From Lama guanicoe (lineage: Eukaryota): a DNA stretch of 64,000 bases. The translations under genes and the position numbers were made by a program. The stretch covers positions 7,773,027 through 7,837,026 of the forward strand of contig MU053652.1 in the NCBI GenBank assembly GCA_013239625.1. The letters run 5' to 3'. A model generated the notes under the pieces. It was not told the origin of the DNA. It did not search any database and saw only the letters and a program-made list of their open reading frames with translations. Positions 40,108-51,656 of this stretch are shown piece after piece (the first letter of the stretch is position 1; the number at the start of each line of letters is the position of its first letter).

Positions 40108-40405
40108 CTAAACTATTAAATGGAAAAATGAAAAACATATCAAAACATAAAGCATGGATACAGGAAATCTAATAAGCGCTGAACTTGTACTTGAAAAGGT
40201 TTTTTGGTTTTTTTGTGTTGAATATATCACTGAGTGGAAGTGTTGTTCCAGTAACACTCTGACAGCCCTCTTGGGTGTTGTTGGACGTGGCTTCTGCTGA
40301 ACACCTGGCTGTGAGGCACCCACTGAGATCTTTCCCATAAACACATGGAGACACTGTGGCAGGTGGTGTGAAGGATGAGATATTGCTGAATGTGGCAGAG
40401 AATCT
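40108..40405 (-). pseudogene. SPAM1: Decayed former coding tail of SPAM1, now 3' UTR (Cys-containing extension plus GPI-like signal)
   Basis: In frame after the TAA: RFSATFSNISSFTPPATVSPCVYGKDLSGCLTARCSAEATSNNTQEGCQSV. Shifted frames then give WNNTSTQ*YIQHKK and NQKTFSSTSSALIRFPVSMLYVLICFSFFHLIV*. Confidence 0.75.
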
Positions 40406-40798
40406 TTATTTCCACATAGGAGAACAACCTGAGTTTAGAAGGGCATCTATACAAACATCTTTGGCAATACACACATGAATGGTATGAATGTTTGTTACAT
40501 TAGCTGTCTCCTTACAACGGGTGCTGGGATAACAACTGCAATAAAATTTTTCAGAGAATTGTTGCAGGTCTTCAATTGTGGGCTTCCCATGTACCATGTA
40601 TTTTCCATCTTTCCCAGTTTGAATAGCAAAATTCATTGGGTTCAGGTGAAGATAGTCACTTGAATTCCAGTGTTTCCTTGCACACACTCCTTGTTTCTGG
40701 CAAAGCACCTGGCTACACATTTTGGCTGCTAGGGTGACATTGACTATGTAAGGATTCAGTGTCTTCTTCATGTAATTGTTTAGGTCCATGCAAGATTG
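40406..40798 (-). CDS. SPAM1: Hyaluronidase PH-20, last coding exon (130 codons plus TAA)
   Basis: Acceptor ttttacag|CAA (exon starts 40798). QSCMDLNNYMKKTLNPYIVNVTLAAKMCSQVLC...FYCSCY...VCIDAL matches PH-20. Phase 0 join to the previous exon. Confidence 0.96.
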   Translation of the reverse strand, partial: QSCMDLNNYMKKTLNPYIVNVTLAAKMCSQVLCQKQGVCARKHWNSSDYLHLNPMNFAIQTGKDGKYMVHGKPTIEDLQQFSEKFYCSCYPSTRCKETANVTNIHTIHVCIAKDVCIDALLNSGCSPMWK

Positions 40799-41119
40799 CT
40801 GTAAAATTACAAGAAGATCAGATTATTAAGATCCAAGTTAGTTCATATGTGAATTAATTCACTACATTAAGCAATTTCTAAGGAAGCACAAAAAGACAAC
40901 AGACCCAGTAAGAAGTAGGAAATATTTTATCTTTTTTTACTTTAGCAAGCAAGATTCTTCCAAGTGTTTTTGGTAACAATTGTAAGTTTCACATGCCATT
41001 TCATGTCACTAAATAATTGACCAGTTGAGGTTTGATGTACTCTAGCTTTGGTCTTCCTCAATAATTCATAAACTAATGGGGGTGGAAGGGGCAGAAAGGT
41101 ACAATGAGGGTGGAGGATT

Positions 41120-41370
41120 TAGAGCATGGGCTCTGGGATCCATCTGCCCAGACTGGAGTCACAGTTCCATTGATGATCAACTGTGTGAACTTGGGAATCT
41201 CTTAAGTTTTCTAAGTCTTAGTTTCCTATCTGGGGGACCTTGGACAAATTAATAACTTGGATATGCATCACTGTAAAATAAGGATAATTACAGCACCTAC
41301 CTTACAGGGCTATCATGAAGATGAAAAGGTACAGTGTATATAAAAGTGCTAAGCACGAGGCCCAGCATAT
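41120..41370 (+). mobile_element. MIR SINE in SPAM1 intron
   Basis: 'agagcatgggctctgg...ctgtaaaataaggataattacagcacctaccttacaggg...aaagtgctaagcac'. Confidence 0.7.
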
Positions 41371-41837
41371 CATTGGTTGGCCCTCAATTTATAAATAATA
41401 TGAAATGTAAGTAAATGTATTAAGTATCACATTTGTCAGACAAGTTTAAAGTGCATTGGAAAGAGTGGTTTCTAAATTGCTAGCTCAAAACAACTGAATA
41501 GGTTCAGTCGAGTATACTTTCTGTTAAATGTTACGTATAACTCAAGTTTGGGTGAATTAATGACAGCTCTTTTACAGATATTTGGCAGAGTATGAGTTAT
41601 GAGCAACTAAAATGATTCATCTTGAAACTGATATTTCTAAAACTGGGACACCATCCTTTTAAAAACATAGAAGGCGGTTGCTTCTTTCATGATCAACAGT
41701 TCCATTGAGTGAGCTGTCTGTGCTACTCCTTCAGTAAGACCAAAGAAGTGGTAGTGGTGGGTCAGCAGGAAAGCTGAGGAATCTTGGCAGCTTCCACTCA
41801 AATCTATTTCTGTTGCCTCCCTTGAGATGATGCCATC

Positions 41838-42425
41838 AATGGTAGTCAGAATAAGTGCCTTCCAAGAAGGATGTTCATACCCCAGTCCCATGGAATCTGT
41901 GATTTTGTTACTTTACATGGCAAAAGGGACTTTCCAGATATGATTAAGGGTATAGACCTGAGGTGGAGAGATTATCCTGAACTATCTGGATGGGCTCAAT
42001 CTAATCACAAGAGTTCTTAATAATGTAGAAACACTTTAAGCTTGGATTTTAAAAAATGAGGTGGAAGAAGGAGGGCAAATTCAAAGGGAAGGGAGACTCA
42101 GCCAGCATTGCTGGCTTTGAAGACAGAGGAGAGGGCCAAAAGAGAAAGAGCGTGGTGACTTCCAGAAGCTGGAAATGACCCCTAGCCACCACCAGCCAGA
42201 AAATAGAGATCTTGTTGCTACAATCACAAGGAAATGAATTCTGCCAACAACTCAAATGAGCAAATGAGGGGCCTTCCATAGAAAGGAGTGCAACTCTGCT
42301 GACATCTTGATTTCAGTGCGTTGAAGTCCCTGTTGGACTTCTGAATTACAGAACTGAAAGATAACACTTTTCTGCTGTTTAAACCACTAAGTTTGTTGTA
42401 ATTTTTATGACAGCAATAGAAAACC
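41838..42425. mobile_element. MLT1D/E-like MaLR LTR in SPAM1 intron
   Basis: 'catggcaaaagggactttccagatatgattaagg...ggaaatgaattctgccaaca...gtttaaaccactaagttt...agcaatagaaaac'. Confidence 0.8.
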
Positions 42426-43004
42426 TCTTCTTAATCCTCCCATAGCTCTGTAGGGTGTTTAAAATACAATCCAGCTTCTCTCAACTTGTACGCACCTGAT
42501 GTGGTGTAATCTCTCCTTCCTCTTGTACAACCCTCTTGTCACCCACTCAGCCTTATGTACTAGTTGTCCCACAAACATGGCAGATTCATTTCAAACTGCA
42601 CTTACTGTTCCCTCTGCCCAGAATGCTCTTCTCTCTAATTTTTAATGTGGTTGATTCCATCTTGTCATTCAGATCACAGCTTTAATTAGACAATACCCTT
42701 CTCAGAACCCTTTCCTATCCACTTTGTCATATCTACTATTTTAATTCCCTGCATAGTGCTTATCAAATATTTTTCTTGTCTTGTGTTGTTTCTTCCCCTC
42801 CAACTTTACATAAGCTCCAAGAAGGCAGGGACTTTGTCAGTATTCAACACTGCATCATCAGTGCCATGGATATATGAGAATTTATACCAAGTTGAGATGA
42901 CATTGCAGTTGTCTACAGATACAAAAACTAGACAGGGAAAGGAGTAAAAGGATGAGAATGTTTTGAGAATCCTTAGACTACATAAGATGCTGTCTTTGAA
43001 AAGA

Positions 43005-43410
43005 TTTAAAACTGGTTCGCCAAGAGATAAAGCCTGGTTTATAGCATTTGTTAATATCCATGGTGTAAATACTCCTACCATGGCCAGTTTTAAGCTACCA
43101 ACCTGACATCACTGAGTGCAGAATTAGGAATCAAGTATTCCATTGTTACACAGCACGGTAGTATGGTGTGAAGTAGCACACTGTTACATAACACCATTTC
43201 TACTTACACAGATACAATAGATGTAAATAACCTCAAAAGTATGGATGATAGCACATTTGAGTATTATTTTTGTTTTTAACATACTTTATTTTCTTCTAAG
43301 CTTTTATAATTTAATATTTAATAATGGCTGTGAACAAACTGTTCACAAAATTTCTGAATAGTTAACAATCAGATCTCATGGGCTGGGACCAGTAGAAGCT
43401 GGCTCTGTCA
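43005..43410. mobile_element. MER63-like hAT DNA transposon
   Basis: 'gtgtaaatactcctaccatggccagttttaagctacc...atgtaaataacctcaaaag'. Confidence 0.55.
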
Positions 43411-45234
43411 CACAACTGGATCTAATAAGATGGAATGGAAGGAAATGATTTGCCTGTATCTGATAACAACTGTTTCACGTTGATTCCAGTCATTGTAAGT
43501 AAACCTGCAATTACTAGTTTCTCAAGTTGTCAATGAATCAGGAGAAACAGGACAAGCAATCTGTGACTCTGTTGATTTCAAATGACGTAGAAAAAAGAGG
43601 ACGTAATGACAGAATCAATAGTCAAAATGATCATCAATTGGCAAAGGTAAAAGACATATACAGAATAGAGTCCACAAGGGACCATTTCAAGGCAGTGTTA
43701 TTAAGTAGAAAATCATCATATTAAAGTTGAAGGACTGTCCCTGTATGAATAATACTGAAGGTGATTTGAGAGTCATGGCAGAAGAATGTGAATCTAAGAT
43801 TAAAGTGCAATTTTTAAAAAGTGTGATGATTGACTAGTATGCCATGTCATGCCCCTACTAACTGGGGAATGCCTGATTCATTCCTCATCAGAGTCAGGTG
43901 GAGCTCTCAATTATTAAAAAAAAAAAAGAGGAAGTAGTATGGGGAAATTATAAATGGCTCCATCATAGAAGTAACAGGATCCTTGAGAAAAGAATTTATA
44001 GATTTGAGAAAACAACTAATAAAAACTTGAAATATTCTTAGAATTTTTAAATAATTTTCTGACATATAAGAGTTTTGCAAAGGGGACATATACCTTTCCC
44101 TGAACTTATATTTTATATTATTTCTCTTTACTGGTGATCAAACCAGAGACAACAGAATCTACCAAAGAGGTAGAAGGGCTCAGATTACCTTGAAAGAATT
44201 TCTGAAAGGAGACTGCTGTTAAGTATCTTTATAAATAAAGGAAAAATCTGGCTAGTCTGTCTGAAGGACAAGATATCAAAAGATCTCTTCTGGTCTTAAG
44301 AGTATAAAGCTGTTCTCTGTAGGTCCCAGGAGAAGAGTTCTGGGCCATAAGCATCATTAGACATTCTCCATGGCACCTACATTACAAGTATCTCCACATC
44401 CATCAGAGAAGGAAAAGTTCAGCTCCAGCTCAGCAGCGTCCATGTGATAACTTTACTCATGTTTTGAATCAAGAAGACTGAAGAGGTGAGGATAAAGGCC
44501 TGATATGGAGAATGAAACAAGAATAAAAAATAAAGGAAGAGAGGAAAGGATTAGGTCATGATAGTTAAAGGCTTTTTGAACTAAAGAAAATGCGTCAGGA
44601 GAAAATGAATACAGTTAACACTATACAGAACAAAATAAACACATTTTCCTAATAAAACAAGTTTTACTTAAAATTTTACTTAAAATGGATGCTACTAAAT
44701 ATAATCCATGGGAAATAAAGAAGGGTTCCTTTTCCTCTCCCTTAGGGAAGCTTTGAACAACTTAGCAATATCTTCAAAAGGTAACTCCCAACTGCCCACA
44801 ACCCCCCCCCAGTAGCTGGCCCCCCGCAATAAACTGTCATTAAATAAATAAGTAATTACCAAACAGTAAATGGGCAAATGAAAGAATGAATGAATGCATA
44901 TCAACTAGTTGAGCTCTTCTGAGAAGAAAGACAACACAATTATGGTAGGAAAAACACCAAATATCAGAAAACCAAGATTGTGGCCCTGTTTTTGCTACTT
45001 ACTAACCACATAGCCTAGAGAATTTTGATTAATCTCACCAAATTTGTTTTTCTCACTGGAAAAGAGCCTTACAACCCAACCACACAAATGAAAGCTGGTT
45101 TGGTTTATCTGTTATTCATTGAGCACATACTATTATGTACCAAACATAGTCATTTTATTACTCAATTCCACAAAAATCCTCAAAAACATTAAAAGTAGAA
45201 ATGTTTTCACCTACTTCCTGTAATTTCAACTTAC

Positions 45235-45324
45235 CATACTTAGGCTTAAATTGGCGCTTCCCCACATTATAATTCCAGAGACGCCTAGAGCAACACTTTC
45301 ACCAACTGTATGCACAAGGTCATC
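45235..45324 (-). CDS. SPAM1: Hyaluronidase PH-20, 90-nt middle coding exon
   Basis: tttgccag|GATGAC...AGTATG|gtaagt. Encodes DDLVHTVGESVALGVSGIIMWGSANLSLSM. Confidence 0.96.
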
Positions 45325-45787
45325 CTGGCAAATGTGATGGAAAGAGTTAACAGAGAGGAATAAAATAGAAGTGTTACTCTTAGAACAGTTACACCAAAGC
45401 CAAGAATGCTGACCCAGCAATAATCATTTAAATATTTCCCCGCTACTTATGTCTATCTTTGATGCCACCTCTGTCCTACAATAACAAAAATACAGATTTT
45501 CTACTATTTCAATTTTATTGACAAGACCCTATAAAAGAAAAAGAATGAAAGGAACTGAGTTAATACATTGTCTATACTACCCAATTCTCCATGGTTGTGA
45601 AGATAACTATATGACTACATTAAAATAAAATATATCCTTGTTTTGCATTCATATAGTGATGCAGAAATACCTGTGTGCACATTCCAAATTAAAAGCTAAA
45701 TTTCACTCCCTTCAAAAGTGCTATTCAATTGCACTGAACACCATTTGTGGACCATATTCTATAGACTTCATACCTTGATTAACTTAC

Positions 45788-46741
45788 CTGAGAGAGGTAT
45801 TTCAGAGACACATCAGTAAAAACTGGACGGGCATATACAAACACTGGAAGTGGACTTCCGGCTTTGGCTGCTTTAGACATCCTAATTGCTTCCTGGATAC
45901 GATTACGAGCAAAGAGTGCACCCCGTAGAGAAGACTTTAACTTGTTGGTCAAATAAATAGATGGGAAAAGGGCAGTGCTTTCTTTCCACAACCAGTCAAG
46001 CGCAGCATTTCTTCTTTTTTCTATTTCAGGGCAACTTCCATCGTAAGTAGGTTGGTTATAATTATGATTGTAACAATCAGGAAAAAGATAATAACCCCAT
46101 AAGTAATTTGGCCGATGTAGTTTTCCCACCTTTAAAGTCTCTAGCATGAAACTCTTTCCTGCCTTTTCAAACTCTACTTTGGCTACTTTGGCAGCCTCTG
46201 AGTCAGAAAGTGTTGTATTTTGTTGCCGAACTAGCTCAATAGACTGATTCTTGTAAATATCTTTCGGTTTCCAGTTTCTCTCCCAGGTAGGCCTCCAGTT
46301 TTCCCAGTCAATGACAGCCAAGCCCACGTTATCGACTTGAATGTAATAGGAAATGTCCTTTATAGCTTTGTCCAAATGCCTTTCTAAGGATCCCTTCTGG
46401 GGGATTCCTCCATGCATATTTTCGCCTGTTACTTCATCTATGTGAGGATAGTAGCCAAGTCTATCAGCATAAAATAATGCAATAGGTTGTCCTCTGACAC
46501 CTTTCCGGGGGCTTCCCACCAAAGAGAAGAGTCTCAGATCTGGAGGCACCTTAAATCTATCACAAAGTTCAGTTGGGGCATTCCAGGCCCAGAGGAAAGG
46601 GGTATTTGGAATAAGAGGGGGTGATCTGAAGTCCCGAGTCAAACAACATGGAATCAGAAGGAATGTGAACACTGCCTGGGGTGCGCCATTGGACCCAACA
46701 AAACTCCTTAAGGAGATGGGCTGGAGCCTTAATTCCTCCAT
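45788..46741 (-). CDS. SPAM1: Hyaluronidase PH-20, first coding exon (318 codons, signal peptide plus GH56 catalytic domain)
   Basis: MEELRLQPISLRSFV...FLLIPCCL...WAWNAP...VIDWENWRP (catalytic D-x-E at 46301-46309)...WGYYLFPDCYN...KYLSQ|gtaagt. ATG at 46741 has strong Kozak context (A at -3, G at +4). An adjacent in-frame ATG at 46744 has weak context. Confidence 0.97.
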
Positions 46742-46942
46742 CATGAAGAGCAATGACTATGAAAAGCACTTGTTGCTCCTACACACTTTAGTTTATCCAA
46801 TATTTGATGCAGGATATAAGCACAGAAGAGAGACAGTAGAATGAAGCCACTTTGATGAAAAGATATAATGATGATTTATATTTAATATTATTCTTCTTGC
46901 TTTTGTGTTTTAGGAATGTTTTGCAAATTGCTTCTTCTATAA
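46742..46942 (-). other. SPAM1: 5' UTR part of the first coding exon of SPAM1
   Basis: Strong acceptor on - strand: long T run then cag|TTATAG, with AG at 46944-46943. No ATG upstream of 46744 in this segment. Confidence 0.75.
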
Positions 46943-48489
46943 CTGAAAAAAAAAAAACCACACATAGGATATCTTGTTAAACTACCTTTCCATATCAGAG
47001 ATCACAAGCTTTACCAAATTCCCAACTTTAAGTGCAAGGAATTTAATTCAACTTTTGAAGGTGGAGGACTCCTGTGCTTGAGTCAGTAAAATTATTTTCT
47101 CTTATGTAGGATACAAATCCTATAATAGCTAATATTTGTCTCATCTTCCCAAATCACTATTGAACCTGCAGAGAAGTAAATGCAGCCATTTTTCCTTGTG
47201 CCCTCCTAGTTGTGCAGAATGCCGTACTGAGCAATGCCTTAGCAAAAAACGATTGAATGAAAAGAAATTCCAAGTTGAACCTCTCAAGCTTGTTTGTTAT
47301 TTCTTGGAAGAGCACTCTGTAGTGGTCTACCCAAAAGTGAAAACAATCTCTCATCGAATTGTGAGATTTCATCATTTTGTTTTTCTTTTTTAAGGGAAGC
47401 TGGTAAAAGAGGAGGCAAAGTCACTTCTGTCAGAGGCAATAAGTCAAAAGTTCACTTGAAACTACTGAATCCAACAGACTCTCCTCTTGAGGGGTAAGTT
47501 GAAGTTTCTATTTAGAACAGGACTCTTAATGATATCTCAAAGTACTGTACACTCGTGTTTAAATTTAATAAAATATTTTACAATGTTATATCTTCTACTA
47601 AAAGAATTGGTTCTGACCTAGCTTAATAAAAGCAAAAATGAATTTTGGTCCTTTATAGTTTTTAATAATTGAGATTGTGTTGTGCTGACTGTCCCAATGT
47701 GAAGAGTTATGGCGCACTCTGGTACAATAATGTCTGAATCAAGGATAGGAAATTAAGCTAGGCATTACTTAACATTTGGTATTTGCAAAAATTACCTACA
47801 AGAAGATGTATTTAAATGTTCTGTGATTCTAGAAGGAAACTAGAACATTTATTTTAATTAGATTCCATTTAATTAGATGCATTTCATAATCCAATAGTAG
47901 TGTTCTGCTGTGTGAGGGTACAATGTGGATTGTACCATTCTTCCCACGAATGTGTGTCTTTACCATAGCAAATTGTTCATTCATTCCTGTTGCTGAAAAA
48001 GCAGTTGCTCTAAAGAGAACACCATAGATGGAACAAAATAAAATCTTAAGAACCATTGCAGTCTCATGCTTTGAAGATAATAGGTTTTTTCCCCTAATAG
48101 TTAGAACATGTAAAGGAGCTAAAGATTTTCACAGTTTAAGCCCTTACAAACTTTCTTACTTATGACCTAGAAGGTCTTCACCTAAAGTAATACTGGGGAG
48201 AAGACTAATTCAACTACCAACTACCAATAAAAATGTCTGAATGGCAGGGAGTGGGACAAGTAAATGGAATAAAGAAAGGATTAGATGTCCTTATACTTAA
48301 AGGATAAAGTAGATTAAGCTTATTAAAATAATTAACATTCAAACCTAATTTCGACATGATCACTTTATGTAAGAAAAACATGGGGCAGAATGAGACTATT
48401 GGAAAGCTCTCTACTCACAGAAACCTTCAGGAAAAAATGAACACTTCTATCCTTGAAAATTGTAAATGTGAATTTTAAAATTTAAAAAG

Positions 48490-48698
48490 TGGGACTGGGA
48501 TTTCAAAATGTAGAGTAGATAAACAAAATTGTACTGGAAATATATACAGGATCTTGTGGCTCTCAGCAAAAGAGAATGTTGACAATGAATGTGTGTATGT
48601 TCATGTATAACTGAAAAATTGTGCTCTACACTGGAACTTGACACAACATTGTAAAATGACAATAACTCAATAAAAAAAGTTTTTATAGTAAAAAAAAA
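48490..48698 (+). mobile_element. Short L1 3'-end fragment
   Basis: Same family as 20713-21003 ('gactgggatttcaaaat...gtataactgaaaaattgtgct'). A-rich end. Confidence 0.8.
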
Positions 48699-48735
48699 GT
48701 GATAAAGCTGTTGACATTTAAAGGAAGATAGTCAC

Positions 48736-49197
48736 TGTAATTGGTTGAACAGTGTCCCCCTACAAATCCATTTCTACCCCAAACCTCAGAATGTGACCTT
48801 ATTTGGAAATAGAGTCTTTGTAGGTACAAATAGTTAAGGATATTAAGATAATATCATAGATTTAGGGTGGCCCTAAATCCAATTACTGGTATCCATACAA
48901 GAAAAGGAGAGGATTCAGAGATACAGAGATATAGGGAAGAAGGCCATGTGACTATGGAGGCAGAGACTGAAGTGATGCAGTTACAGACCAAGGAAAGCCA
49001 AATACTGCCAGGAGCCAACAGAAGCTAGAAAAAACAAGGAGAGATTCTTTACTGGAGTCTTGAGAGGGAACATGGCCCTGCTGACACCTTGATTTAGAAC
49101 TTCTAGTCTTCAGAACTGTGAGATAATACATCTCTGTTGTTTTAAGCCACCAAGTTAATGACAATTTATTTCAGCAGCCCTAGGAAACTCATTATAA
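48736..49197. mobile_element. MLT1C-like MaLR LTR
   Basis: 'tgtaattggttgaacagtgtcccc...aacctcagaatgtgaccttatttggaaatag...gcagccctaggaaact'. Confidence 0.85.
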
Positions 49198-49445
49198 TCA
49201 TCAAAGGTTAAAAAAAAAAAAAAGGATTGTAGCTTCTACAAGTCTCTTTTCTCAAACCAGTTTCAGCTTCAAGAGAAAGACTGGTATATTTATATGTATC
49301 ATAATGTAACCGTTTTACCCAAACTGACCTAAAAATAAACCAGTGACACAGCCAGAGCCAGAACCTATGTCTTTGAGCCTCATTCTGTGGAATAAAACCT
49401 TCTTGAAGTCTTCATAGTTTAAGGAGAAAGGAAAACTCTTCCAAC

Positions 49446-49529
49446 CTTTGGGCTACCTGGTGTTTAGCAACATAACCTCCTCAGGTATCACTGTTTCATA
49501 CAAAGCAAGACAGATGGTGTCTGTGTGAG
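49446..49529 (-). other. Candidate non-coding 5' UTR exon of SPAM1 (84 nt)
   Basis: On - strand, ctcattgcctcag|CTCACA...CCCAAAG|gttgga in unique sequence 2.5 kb upstream. Splice-site pattern only, no transcript evidence. Confidence 0.3.
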
Positions 49530-51281
49530 CTGAGGCAATGAGCAGAGTCAAAGCATGTAAGGACAGCAAGCCTCACTTGAACTTGAAATTGGCTGCACGT
49601 ATGAGTCCCAGAGGCAAGATTTCTAGAGGAGTTTAATTTCTCTAGGCAAATAGACAAATAGTTGAGAGACTGGTAAGTGTTAACATATGTGAGAGAAAAA
49701 AAGGAAAAGAAAAATGGCAGAGAGAAACGTTGTCAGGTCTAAAGTACAAAGGCAAGATCCAGAGATCACAGATCATTGATTTGTGACTGTGGTCAAAGGA
49801 TAAGATGAATTCCATTTAGACTGTTAGCAGAACCTTAGGGATTGTCAACATCCACTTCTGAGATCCAATTAGAGGAACTAGCACAGGCCCAGAGCTTTAT
49901 GATTAGCAAAGAGTATATTTGGATTGGCTGTGATCTTAATTGCTCTAAGCACCTCTCAATCCACTTGGGGTCTTATTACCTAAAGATAATTAAACCAGCC
50001 AATCATTCATCCAACATTTATTGAACCCCTATAGGATAAGTACTGTGGCAAGCACCGGTATTTAGAGGAGGAGGCAGCACACTCTTCCTGATAAGTATTA
50101 GAAGTGCGGAAATTGACGGCCAGATGTGATAAGCACAGTGACAGGGTGTTAGGATATGCCTAACACACCATGAGAGTCAAATACCAAGGCACCTGGGTAG
50201 ATGAGATGTGGCTCCCAACAGAGAACAGTGCTCAAGCTGGACAAACCCAAGTAGGCGTAGGGACTGGGAATAGAGGCAAGGATTAGACACAGAGGACTAG
50301 TCTTTGCAGTGATGCATTCCATAATCCAATATGGGAGAACTTTGAGGACCTGAAAAGGAAAGAAAGTTAATGCTGGTAATGGGACATATTCCATCCCAAG
50401 GAATTCTGATTGCAGCCCTTAGGCAAGTAACAAAATAAGTGAAAAAGGCAAGAAGTGTGAAACGATGGGCCAAGGCCAAAGCTCATATCCTGTCCTAAAA
50501 GAACGTCTGCTATTTGGCTCAAGTTATTTCGAGTGGTGCCAAATCTTCCAATTTTTAATACATCCATTTTTATAGTGTGAAAATATCAATTTTAAATATG
50601 GACAAATCTCTGTACATGTAAGTGTTGGCAGTGTTCAGACATTGTGAGTGAGGTGGAAAATGTCAGCTAACAAAGCTTTGGGTTGTCAATCAGGGGTCCT
50701 TGGCCCAATATAGTATTTTGTTAGGGTAGTGAGATGATCAGATTCATTTCAGAATGATTATTATAAGCACTTTATACAAGATACAATGAGAGAGGGACAA
50801 GACAGAAGGAGTATAAATAAGTTGGAGAGTAGCAGGGTGATAGGTTCAGGAGGAGAATGAGATTGACAGCCATTGGTCACCAGATGCATTTGGAAGAATA
50901 AGGAAGCAAGTAACTTATGACTCCTTGGCTTCTTGGCTTGAACAGTTAGATGGAACCAGACTAAATAAAAAAGACAGTCCCTCAACCTCTTTTCTTTACC
51001 CCCATGATCCTTCATCTGTAACAAAGCTGATTAAGCTAATGGAAGTGAAATGTCTTATAAAAGTAAAATATCTTAGATAACCTGAAAAACTATTTTTTAA
51101 ATGTCATTTAATGTCCTACACAGATCTGCTTCAAAATAATTTGGGTTGGAGAAGGGTGACTAGGTGGCAAGGGGAGGATTTGAGTTTAGGTGGAAAAGAT
51201 TGGCTGTGAGTTAATAATGGTAGAAACTGGGTGATCAGGACATGGAGGTCATTGTTTTTCTACTTATGTGTTTATTTGGAT

Positions 51282-51545
51282 TGAAGGAGATCAGAACATG
51301 CCATCCCCAAAAATGCCATTTTGGCATATTGACTATTTTCAGCTAAAGGCATTTGAGAGACAGCAGGTGCAGGAAGGGCTTTCTAACCTCCCATTTTCTT
51401 CCTAAAAGCAGGACATAAAATTTTCTGTGAGAAAAACAGCCTCTTTGAACCAGAAAGAGAATAGTCTTATCACTGGAGACGAGGAAACGATGCCGAGATA
51501 ATATAACCCTTGTCTTCTATGAGTTTCCCTTCATGCTTCCTTTCC
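51282..51545 (+). mobile_element. MER34-like ERV1 LTR, 5' part
   Basis: 'tgaaggagatcagaacatgccatccccaaaaatgccattttggcatattgactattttcagctaaaggc'. Confidence 0.7.
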
Positions 51546-51656
51546 TTAGCTTCTTCTCGGTCTCCATGACTCTACAGTCCCCAGGACAACTGAATAGGAT
51601 AAAGGCATTGTCACAGTACTCAGCAAATAGCCCCTGGCCTCAGGATACTGAACGTA

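Noticed and set aside
40169..40408. Programmed stop-codon readthrough restoring the anchor
   Set aside because: UAA-A is not a leaky context, and readthrough would end at TAG 40169-40171 in a frame without the hydrophobic segment.
45953..45976. TALFPSIY (Phe where human has Tyr) as a substrate-specificity change
   Set aside because: The Tyr associated with hyaluronan specificity is, as I recall, the one in SIY, which is intact. Phe at the first position occurs in other hyaluronidases.
40406..46744. SPAM1 as a whole-gene pseudogene or a HYAL5/HYAL6-like paralog
   Set aside because: All three exons are open with canonical GT-AG sites, expected sizes and intact catalytic residues. Lesions are confined to the distal tail, and the position next to TMEM229A fits SPAM1.
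46745..46753. N-terminal extension from the TTG start in the ORF track
   Set aside because: Artefact of allowing alternative starts. The ATG at 46741 has strong context and aligns with the known PH-20 start.
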